Source: Cyanobacteriota bacterium
Lineage (GTDB): Bacteria > Cyanobacteriota > Cyanobacteriia > PCC-6307 > Cyanobiaceae
Assembly (NCBI GenBank): GCA_046342815.1
Contig: JBKDOV010000078.1
Coordinates: 2,675-66,674, forward strand
Length of the DNA: 64,000 nucleotides
Direction: 5' to 3'
Position numbers and translations under genes: made by a program. Positions 1-12,000 of this stretch are shown piece after piece. Each line of letters begins with the position of its first letter. The first letter of the stretch is position 1. The notes beneath the pieces are model-generated. The model was not told the DNA's origin. It made no database searches and saw nothing but the letters and a program-made list of their open reading frames with translations.

Positions 1-10
1 CGTCTGGATC

Positions 11-3000
11 ATGACCGGCCTTGTCGGCAGCACCAACTTTGGAGCAGGCTCGACCGTTGTGAATTTCTCGAAATTTGAACGGGGTCGAGTAAAACGTGGC
101 GGCTCTATCCTAAGCCTGGCTGGAGGAGGAGTAAGTGTGCTGGGAGATGCGGGAAAAGAACTTAAAAATACTGACGCCAACGCTTTACCTGATGAACTTA
201 GGCCGAATCAAGAGTTCACGGCAGCCGCCGTAGGGGGGACACAGAAGTCGGTTTTCCAATATCAGAATGGTTTCACCCAGAACCAGGCGACATTGAAGGG
301 CTATGAGGCCAGGCAGTCAGTCGGCGCCAGCTGGGTCAAGCGAAAGAGCATTGTGAAAATTGGCTCATTTTCCAGTCAAAGCTGGGTAGCGGCCGTGAAT
401 ACAGGGATTTTGTTTGAGGAAACCTACACCCCAGACCTACGTGCTGATGGTCGCCCGATGCCTCAGTGGCTCACCGATGTCGGCTATTCCCTCGCAGCTG
501 AAGGCGCTTTGCTGACCATGGGGGGGCCACTGTTCGGCGTGCTTAAAAGGAATAGAGTATCGCCGGTAGTCACGCAAGAAAATGCTCTGACGAACACGAG
601 ATACGATGTAAGCGGGGTGAAGACTCAGGCTTTGAAGTTTAAATCTTACTTTAATATGATTCTCGGCATCGGCAATGGATTTGTGGTCCCCGCCGTGGCC
701 GATACAGTGATGGCCAGTACTTATGGCACAAGCGCCGGTGGAATCGGCATCAATATGGGGCTGTCCGCAGACTTCATCAGGATCTCGCCGTGGATAGTTG
801 GTGTCAAGGGGATAGCAACGTCGCAGACCTCGATGTTCTTCACCGGCAGTGATCCATGGAAGGTGAAGGAGCTGGCGTACGCCTCAATCGGCGCCGCGGC
901 TCCGTTCGGAATCTATGTGCCGATCCTGTCGTTTCACTACACCAGCCAGCCAGCAGACACCACAACCGCCGCCCCCCTCTCCGGCATTGTCGACGGTGAC
1001 GCCAGCGGCGCCATGGCCGCCGACACTGCGCCAGCGCAAACCAGCTCGGGGTTCTACCAGGCCGCTCCCTCCGGCGTCGACTATCCGCTCCTCTACAACC
1101 CCCCGCACGCCAGCAACAACGGCATCAGCAACCTCTCCACCAACCCCTCCAGCACCACCGTTCTCGGCACCACCGCCTCGCCTCTTTTCCTCTTCACGCT
1201 CCAGCCCGGCGCCTCCACCTCCTCACCAAGCCCAGGCACACGCATCTCGATCCGACGGCCAGGCTCCGGCCTCAAACCGACTGAGGCTCCCGTTCAAGTT
1301 GACGTCCTCGGCACCTACCTCGATCCAACGAGCAGCAGCAATCGCGCCACCGCGTCCGTCACCGTCGACGCCAGCGGCCAACTCGCTTCTGTGGTCATCA
1401 ACAACCCTGGACGCTACAGCTATCTCCCGGAAACCGGCAACAACAGCGGCGAATACATCCTCCAGCTCGATCTCGCCGCCGCTGGCCTCAGCACGCCAGC
1501 CTCCAAGCTGCCGCTCGTCACCCTCCCCGCCAGCAGCAGCGCCCTGGCCAGCGAGGGGCTCCTCACCTCTCCCGTCCTCCGCATCTCCAATCAGCCGATT
1601 GCGGCCACGGACTCCAACCTCCAGACCGCACCAGATTCTTCCTACCCCATCTACGACAGCAAAACCAATACCGCCGTCGATCCCCAGCCCAACTCCCTCG
1701 CCTCCTACAGCTACCAGAACGTCCCGATTCAGCTTTTCGCGCGCAACGCCGATGGCAGCAGCGGATCTCCCATCTCACTCATCAACCCCAACGCCTCCGC
1801 TCGGGTCTTCTTCAGTGAAGGGAGCATCAAGGCCATTCGACCTGAACAAAACCTCTACTTCCCCGTCAACCAGAAGGCCACAAACGGCTACAACCTCGTC
1901 GTCAACTTCGGGGCCTACGGCGCCCAAGTAGACAACCCCACCCTCGCGGATCTTCCCTCCGCCTCCATCAGCCTTCCACTCGCTGAAAGTGTCGCCTACA
2001 ACAACGCCGTCGCCGAGGAGCAGTTCTCGCCCCAGGCCGGCGCCATCCATGCAGGCGTCTATCTCGCCGATGGCATGTCCGATGCCATTCCCCTCTTCCC
2101 GGCCTACGGCAATCAAGCTGTCTACAACCGCGTTGTCCATCTCGCCTACGACAAAAACACCGGCACAACAACGCGCTTTTTCCTCAATGCCGATGACGGC
2201 AATGTCTACGAGCCCAATTATATCAACCAGGCGCTGAACTCCAACACGCCTCTCCCCTCGTTCTCCGCCGCCTCCCAGCCCGTCGCCCTCACCATCGCCG
2301 ATGCCGGCAACGGCAGCAACGACCGCTTCGGTGGTGACACCTTCGTGGCCTGGGTGGAAGCCACGCAACCGGTTGTCCCGCTCACCAGCGCCGATGGAGA
2401 GCAAAACTACCAGGCCTTCCTTCAGGCCCTCTACGGCTCCCAGCGCATCAACTACCGCATCAAGCAGTCGATCAGCGGCTGGGCCCCGATGGATGACGTC
2501 AAGCTCGACGCTCTCTACAAGCCCGACAACGCGATGATCCGGCAGCTGCGCGCCTTCAACGCAGCCAATCCCTTCACCAGCGATTCCAACGATCAACTCA
2601 GCCTGCTCGCCTGGGTGGAGGTTCCCCTACCCGGCCAGGAGAACCAGGCCGCCAGCCTCAAGGTCGCCATTCTCAATCCCACCGCCAGCAACTACAGCTG
2701 GGAGGCCCTCACCAGCAACGCCGAGGGCGCATCGACGATCAGCACCATCCCCTGGCAGATCGACAGGCATGGCGAAGCGCTCGCCATCGATGATCTCTCG
2801 ATCGGCTCGATGCCGCTGGAGCTCGCCGATGGCGATGGCGGCAGCACGTTGGTGCAGACACCGGTACTCAGCTTCAGCCGCGATGTGCGCACCCCTTACC
2901 GCCAGCGGGTCCTCAACGACAGCCCCCTGCTGTACCTGCCCTTCGACGGCCTCACCGCAGGGCTGAACGAGCTCAACCTCGGCACCACTCAGGGCTCCAT

Positions 3001-6000
3001 CACCCCGACCTTCGCCTCCTCCACCGGCCTGGATTTCAGCGTCAAACCAGCCCTCACAAAATCCCAGGGAACCGCGGTTCAGAACACCAATGGCACCGGG
3101 GTGCTGACCACCGGGCTGGGCACGAGCAATCGGCCGATGCTGGATCTGCTCGACAGCGCCACCTCAGACGAGCTGGCCGTCAACCTCGGCAGCCAGATCT
3201 CCGCCTTCACCGGCGAGTTCAGCAATCGCGTTGTCGATGACAACGCAGCGGTGCTCACACCTGCGATCCTCACGGTCAGCGATCTGCGCTACGGCGGCCT
3301 CTCGGTTGGCGACACGCTCACCGGGCCAGGCATTACACCCGGCACCAGGATCCTGGCGGTGAAGCAGGTCTACGACGACACCACGAAAACCGGCATCTAC
3401 GAAATCAGCGCCGATCAGACGGTGCTTGGCACCGCAATCGATATCCAGTCTTATCCCGATCCCACCACGATCGCCTATCTGAGCTTTGCGATTGATGCGG
3501 TCAGCAACAGCAGCGATCCCGACACCGCACCAAGCGCGACGCTGACCCTCTCGGACCTCAGCGGCGTCCCCAGGGTCGGCGACAGGTTGGCGGGTCTGGG
3601 CATCACACCCGGCACGACGATCACCGCCGTCAACGGCCTGGATCTCAACCAGGGCACCGCCACGGTGACGGTCAATCGCACGCAGGACGAAGCGGCCGCC
3701 ACCGGCGCCGCTGTCGTGGCGGCACCGGGTGGCTCATCGCCCTACACCATCGAGTTCTGGGCCAAACTCACCCCCAACACCAACTCCGATGGCGGCGGTC
3801 TGGTGGCCTTTGGCCAACCCTCCGCCACCGCCGTCGGGGACATGGAGCTTCCCAATGGCTGGTTGCTCACCTCCAGCTTTGTGGTGGATTTCATCTCCTA
3901 CAAACAGGCGGCCGAGCGCGGGCTGATCGAAAGCATCCCCGACAACGTCACCAACAACGCCGATCTCTACGCCTGGGGGTGGAGTGTGGTCGCCGATGGC
4001 GCCAACACCACGGCGATGAATGGCAGCGGCGGCAACAATCTCTACAGCAATGGTCTGCGCCTCAACAACCTGCAGGCCGGCAACAGACTCAATGGCGTCG
4101 CCTCCTTCCTGCAGGCCAATGGTCTCCAGCCCGACGACCTGATCGGGAAGAGCCAGGCGCCCGCCGACGTGATGGCCTCCATCCCGAAGACCGAGCTGCA
4201 GTTCGCCCATTTCATCGATCCCGCCCCGGGCAAGGCCACCTCGAACCTCAACACCGTCGCGATCAACACCAGCAGCTCGACCGCCCTCAATCAGGGCCTG
4301 GTGGTTCTCAATCCCGCCAGCACCGATAGCGGTGGTGCCACCTATCCCGATTGGGCGCAGGTGATCAACGACACCGCCAAGGGTGATCAGATCAACACCC
4401 TCTTCAAGCATCTCTGGAACTTCCAGCAGGCCACCGGCGATCCCAAGGTGACATTCACCCAGGCGCCGCTGGGCTACCGGATGCTGCTGGCGATTCAGGC
4501 CGCCTGGCCGTCTCTATCCGTCGAGGCGATTAAGGATAAGCTCAGCGATCCGGGGGCGCTGGCGCAGTTCATCGCCGATTCCGGCGTCGTGGCGACACCC
4601 GCCGAGGCCGCCGCGTGGCTGGAGGCCAAGGAGCTGGAGCTCAATCAGACCCGCGCCAGTGCCGCCAATCCGCTGAGCGTCGATCGGTTCGCCGGCTACG
4701 AACTGGGCTACACCCTCAACTACGGCCCTGCGGTGTCGGTGAACACAAGCGGGCAGCTCGTCTTTGACGTCGGCGCTGATGCCTCCCTGGTGTCCGACGT
4801 GGCCGGTGGTCTGGAGGATGACCAATGGCATTACGTCGTCGCCTCCTATCTGCCCGACTACGTCGACTACACCACAGACGCTGGCACCACCTTCCAGCTG
4901 CCCAGCAATGTCGGCACCGCAACGCTCTACATCGACAACAAACAGGCGAGTCAGAGCACCATCGTCAACGCCTACGACCCCAGCAACATCAACGATGCGT
5001 TGGTGCTGCTCGCCAACAATGCCGGTGCGGCGATCGATCATCTGGCGCTCTACGACAACGCCCTGACAGCCCAGACGCTCCCGCCGGCCAGTGACGACTG
5101 GCCCATGCCCAACAACGCGGAAGCCCTGCTCGCCCTGCGCGAGCTGGGCATGGTGATCGACACCAAAACCCCCGATCCCGGCGCCATTCCCGGGGCTGTC
5201 ACCGCCCACTGGGATGGTCGCAATGTCAATCCCAACAACGCTGTTCTCAATACCTTCTATTCGATCTTCTCTCCCGCGACAAACGGCAGCCAGAGCGGCA
5301 GCTGGAGCGAAGCCTCCCCGCTCAATCCCCTCCTGGCGGTCGCACCCACCACGCCCAGTGCCGTGCAGCCCGATGCCGGCAGGAACAGCCTGCTGCTGTC
5401 CATCACCCCCGAACTGTGGTCCTCCAACAGTTGGGCGGTGACCACCGCCACCAATCCAACCCCGCAGACCGACAAACCCTTCAATCCCTCCGGACTCGAG
5501 CTGGATTCCGTTCAGCTGCAGATCAACGGCGCTCCAGTCACGCTCACATCCGATCAGATCCTGATCGGCAACGCCACCCTCGCGAGCCTGCAGCCCGACA
5601 GCAGAAGCAGCCAACTTAATTACACGATCCTCTCGTCAACGCCGGAGCTGACGCTCGTGCCCCCGCTCGATCGCTCCACTGTAGAGGCGGTCAGCAGCGA
5701 ACCCACAACCGCCACGTTGGTCTACAGCAACGGCACCAGCGTCAGCATCGCGCTGACGCCTGCCCTGACCAGTAACGCCAATACGCAGCCGCTCGCCAGC
5801 GCCGTTCGCGTCGCCAAGCTCAACAACAAACCCCTACTCACGGAGATCGAAACCTCAAACGAGGCTCTTGGCACCTCCGCCATCATCGAACAAGCGCCGC
5901 TGCAACTGAAATACATCGACAGCGGCGAGGTATTCCGCAGCACCACCAGTGCGGCCACCGCCAATGAAACCGCCGCCAGCACCCCGGCCCAGAGCTTCGG

Positions 6001-9000
6001 CTATTCCCAGGTGAGTGGATCCTTTGCCAACAGTACAGAGGGGACCTCCAGCGGCTGGCTGGCCATCGCCCAGCCCTACACCACGAATGCCACCAGTGAT
6101 CCATCCGGTCGCATCTGGATCCAGTACACCGGCCAGTTCAAGGTCGACGGCGAGATCCGCACCGCGGTACTCGATGTCGACGAAGCGCCGGCCACCTGGC
6201 TGAATGCCCTGGCTGATTCCAACTTCTCACCAGAAGAACCCAACCTTCCCCTGCTCGATTCCGCCGTCCATCGCAGCAGCAGCGGCGGTCTGTTGATCCA
6301 GGCCGATCCAACGGTGGGTCTGGATCAGAACTTCGGCTTCACGATGCTCACGGCGCGGATCAATGGCAGTGACCGTGATGATCTGATCATCGCCGCGCCG
6401 CAGGCCGATGGTGGCGGCAAAGTCTACATCATTGATGGCAACTGGATTGCCAACAATCTCACCACCGCCAACGGCGCCACCATCCTCAATCTGGCCAATC
6501 CCTCCGATCTCGGTGATTTCGTCAAGGTGCTGAAGCCCGGCATCCAGACCGACACCACCGGCAAGCCGCTCAAGAGCGATGTAATCACGGACGCCGGATT
6601 CGGCACCGCCCTGGCCTATGACGACGTGAGCAAAACGCTGTGGATCGGTGCCCCCAATTACCTGCGGAACCTCAGCGATCCCACCTCGACCGATGGCCCG
6701 CTGAATCCCATTGGTGCTCTCTACAGCTACAACCTGGCCTCCGGCAGCGGCGACAGTGGTACCGCCACACCGGTGAAGCTCGAGCCGATCGTCGGCATGG
6801 GCGGCACCCTGATCCGCCCCGGCCCGGTCGGCACGCCGGTGACGAGCTACTGGGGTTCCCAGTTCGGCAGCGCCCTCGCGGTCTCCGGTGGTCGCCTGGC
6901 CGTCTCCGCGCCAGGGATGCTGGCGGCAACGCTCGCCATCGGTTCGGAAGCAGCCCAGCAGATCTTCGTGGATGGCATGGACGCTGACACGACCTATTCC
7001 GGTGTCATTGCAGGCGTGCAACTGCCCGATCTGGACACCGGCATCATCAACATCAGCCAGGGCATCAACAGTGACTTTGCCGGTATTGGCAGCGGCGACC
7101 CCTTCACAGACGGCGAGAAGGCCTATTTCGATCAGATGCGGACGCTGGTGAGCGATGCCGTGGCCGAGCCAACGATCTACAACAACCAGGCCGTCCAGGC
7201 CGACGCCGCTGGCGCCGTGTTCTACCTCGGCAAAGGCGATGCACTGCTGGCTGCACCATCGCTGCAGACCTTTGCCGAGCAAGGCAGCATCTACTACGGA
7301 CCAAACACGCTCAACACCCTTGGCGCCGCAGGCTTTGGCAGCAGTGTGGCCTTTATTGATCTCAGCAATGTCAAAACGCCATCTCTGGCGGTCGGTGCTG
7401 ATGCCACCGGTGGAGCCGGCGCGGTGTATCTTATTGATCCGAATGTTTCCGCGACCAATCTGCCCGTAAAAGGGCTGAATCCATATCAAAAGTTGGCCGC
7501 CAACGAGGCCTATCTCACCCTCACCGGCGCCGCTTCCCGCGATCTATTTGGCAATGGTCTTGTGAACCTGGGCGATGTAAACCAGGATTCGTTTGATGAC
7601 CTGCTGATTCAGGCCAAGAACGCTGCTGAAGGCGCTGGCACCGGCTACGTGCTATTCGGTTCAGACCAGTTCAGCTCCGATCCGGGCAAGTCGGCGACCG
7701 GATCGGTGGCTCCCGGTTCCATCACACAGTTCACACGAACCGATGGGACTCCCTTCCGCCAAGCCATCCTGGTGGAGCAGGGATACGGGTCCGGCTTCAC
7801 CGGAGCCGGCAGCTTTGGCAGCGGCGACATCGATGCCGATGGTCTCAATGACATTCAGCTCGGCTCTGGTCCCAATGGCAACGCCTATCTCACTTGGGGC
7901 AAACCCTACCTGGAAGCCATCGGCGACCTCAGCCTCAGCAAGCTCGCCAGCGATACCGGCTATCTCCTCAGTGGCCTGGCCACCACCACCGAGGGCTCGC
8001 TTCGCTCCATCGGTGACTTCAATGCCGATGGCTATGACGATTTCATCTCCATTCAGCCAGGCCAGGCCCTCAGCTCCGTTCGTATCGAGCTGGGCGCTGA
8101 CACCCAGACTATTCTTGCCGATTACCGCTACAACTATTACACCTTCTCAATTCTCAACGGCACGCAGGTGATCAGTGCCGGCGATGTCAACGGCGATGGG
8201 TACGCCGACATCGCCCTCTTCTCCCATAAGAACCTCAGCAGTGCCGCTGAGGGCAATCAGGGCGCCGGCAGCACCACCGGCATCCTCTACGGCCGCAGCT
8301 CCACCGACCTGCCGATCGGCTCCGGCTTCGGGTTGCTGGCTCCGGTGAATCCAACCAGCGGCGCTCCGCTCACGGCGCTGCCCGGTCTGCTAGTGGAGGG
8401 GAGCAACCAACTCAAGGGCCTCACCAGTGCCACCCCGGCCCTGATCGCAGACGGCACCACCCTCTACACCGCCGTCAAAGGCGCCACCGACAACACCATC
8501 TGGTTCAACATCAGCAGCGATGGCGGCGCCACCTGGGCGAACTGGACCAATCTGAGCGCTGTGTCTTTCGCCTTCAATGCCGCTGACGGTGCAGGGCCCT
8601 CGCTGGCACTCCACAACGGCAAGCTTTATCTCAGCTTCCTCAACCGCACGGGCAAGTTACTGCTCTCCAGCTGGGATCCCAGCAGTGAAGACAACAGCGC
8701 CTGGACGCAGCCAACGCTGCTCACCTCCGCGGCGGCCGCCAGCACGGAAGGCACCAGCGCGATTCCCTTCAGCAGTTCCTACAGCCCCCAGCTGATCGAT
8801 CGCGGGGATGCCCTCGGCATCCTCTGGGTAGATCCGACGACCAGCACCCTTTACGCCGCCGCCTCCACCGATCCGCAGGACTCCGTTTCCCTCGGCTGGA
8901 ACGGTGACATCGGCGGCTCCACACCGACGACTCCGGCACTGGCCCAGATCGGCGACACGATCTACATGGCCGTGCAGGGCAACGGACCGGCGAACAACGA

Positions 9001-12000
9001 GATCTACTGGAACTCCAGCCAGGATGGTGGCACCACCTGGGCCGGTTGGCGGGCGCTCGACAGCGGCCTTGGCTTCCGCAGCTCGAATGCGCCATCGCTG
9101 GCAGTCTTCAAGGGCGAGCTCTACCTGAGCTGCATCGATGCCTCGACGAACCAGATCAGGATCGCCAACCTCGATCGCAGCAGCAACAGCTGGGCTGCAG
9201 CGGGCACGGTGGGCAATGAGCAGGCGCAGAAGTACGCCAGCCTGATCAGCGAAACCGTCGACGGCGTCGAGCAGCTCGCTGTTTACTTCGTCGCCAACAA
9301 CGCCGGCTCCACTCTGCTCAAGAGCCACAGCTCGGATCCCGGCAGTCCCTCTGGCTGGACCGGTAATCAAGTGATTGATTACAACAATGGCAGCAACCAG
9401 CAAACGGCTTCCGGTCCACTTGCTGTCTCCAGCATCAACGGCACCACCGTGATCGCCTACCAGGGCGGCACCGTCGCCGCCCCCAGCGACACCATCTTCC
9501 TGGCCAGCAGCGCGACACCCAACAGCAGTGCATCTTGGCGCGCTCAGTCCTACATCGATCCGAAACAACGCACCACGCCCTCCCTCACCACCAGCCCGGA
9601 GGGTCTGCTCCTCGGCTACACCACCGCCAACTCCGCCAACCTGGAGCTCGCCCTGCTGGCCAATGCCTCCGGCACCTGGCAGTCCGCGAACACCTACAGC
9701 GTCACCAGGGACAACGGCGATCTCAATGACGTGGCTCTGCTGGCCATTCCAGACAGCGACCCAGACAGCAGCGATGACAACACGCTCCTGCTCGCCGGTG
9801 TGAACACGACCTCCGGCAATGCGATCGAAACCAATCGGCTGAGAACGGTGGATGACAGCTCGGTGGATGACAGCTGGACCCCAGCCAGCCAGTTGCTCGA
9901 GCGCATCGAAGCCAATGGTGAAATTAGCTTCTCCGGCATCGCCGCCACCGCCGCTCCCACCGCCACCTGGCTGGGTGATGTGCCGATCGTGGCCGTCAAC
10001 AACACGGTGGACGCCACCAGCACCATCAACGTCTACAGCGTGGGCGGCAGCACCCAGAGCTGGACCCTGGCCTCCTCCTTCACCGCAAGCGGTGATCAAC
10101 CAGCGATCAGTGCCGCGGCTCCCGGCCTCACCACCACCGACTCCGGCATCGCGCTCACCTACATCAACAGCGATCGTTCCATCACCGTCAACCAGCTCAA
10201 CCTGCTCAACCTGAACGGCACCCCGGTGGATGGGCTGCAGTTCAATGCAGACGGCAGTCTCACCCCCAGCCCAGGCCAACCTGCTGATCTGCGGTGGAGC
10301 GGCAGCACTTATACCGCAGCCAACAGCGGCATCAGCAGCAACCTCTCCAGCACACCCATCGACATCAACGGCACGCTTCTGCTCGCCAATGTCCGCCCAG
10401 ATGGCACCCCTGAAGAAACACAATTCTGGCTCAATGCCCTGCCGGCCGCCCAGGATCCAGACAGCACCACCTGGCTAAATACCACGCTGCAGCTCAGCGA
10501 CGGCAGCGGTGGCTGGCTGGTGCAGCAGCAGGGCGGCGCTGACCATCCCGTCGCAATCGGCGTGGTGGATCCCACCTGGCAGCAGCCCAACGGGGGGCTC
10601 TCACCCTGGGCGCCCTCCTTCGCGGAAGTGGACGGTGTGCTCTATTCCGCCGTGCGCGGCTGGAGCGGCTCCAACGACACCAACAAGACCCTCTACTGGA
10701 ACCGCAGCACCGACAACGGCAGCACCTGGAGTGCGTGGCAGCAGCTTCCCGGAGACATGACCTCCGACCGGCCGCCCACGATCGCCAGCTATGACGGCAC
10801 GCTGTATCTCGTCTACATCGGCCAGGACAACAGTCACACCCTGAATCTCACCAAGCTTGAGAACGCCGACACCAACCAGTGGGCCGATCAGATCCCGATC
10901 CGTGCAGGTGCCAGTGGCGCATCCAACCAGACGGCCGAGTTCGCCACCCTGGTCAGCGAGGGTGATCAACTGGCGCTTTATTACGTGGGCACCGACAAGA
11001 ATGAGCTCTACAGCACCAGCTCCACCGATCCTTACAACACGGGCAATTTCACCACCTCCACGCTGATCAAGTACAACAACAACAATGACAACCAGACCGC
11101 TTCAGGGCCGCTGGCGGCAACCCGGCTGAACGGGCAGACCTATCTGGCCTACCAGGGAGGCACCTATCAGTCGGGCAACAACAAGCCGGGGAAGTCCAAT
11201 CAGATCTTCCTCACTACCGGCAGCGCCAACGACAACGACTGGACGCTGATCAATGGCATTCCCCAGCCTGCCAACTCCAGCCACACCGGCGTGGGTCTGG
11301 CGGCCAACCACACGGGGCTTGTTCTCAGCTACAGCGATGTGGCCGACGGCAAGAACGTCGTCGCGCTGCAGCAGGGCAGGGGCTCCGGCCCCAGCTGGAG
11401 CTTCTCGCCCTACACCATGCTTGAGCGCCCCGCTGATGGCCAGGCGCTCTACGACGGAGCCAACAGCCTCTTCGCGCGCACCGGCAGCGAAGGGGTGCTC
11501 GTCTCCACGATCGATTCCATAGCCAACGAAGCGATCGTCAACGCCCAGGTCACGCCCCTTCCTCCCTCGCTGGTGCTTACTCCTGAGCAGACACGCTCTA
11601 CGCTCACAGCCGTCGGCGATCTCACCGGCGACGGTCTGGACGACCTGCTGATCAGCGCCGCCAACGTGGTGCGCACAGGCAACGGCAGCACGGCGCCACA
11701 GCTGCACACCGGCATCCGGCTGCTCAGTGGCGCCGCCACCAGCGAGGCCCTGCTGGCGGCCAACAATGCCGACGCCACCAATCAGACCCTGCAGCTCGCT
11801 CCAGCCCTGTCCCTCAACAGCGGCACCCCCAGCACCAGCCTCACCGCCACAGGCGCTCCGGGCGACCTGCCCCAGCTGAGCATCAGCGGCCGCGAAGGCG
11901 ACGTCGTCACGCGGATCACCAGCAAGAACGACCAGACCCTCACCAAGTTCAGCGCCAACGCCAGCAATCCGGACTCGCTCCTGCAGCTGTTCCAGAACGC

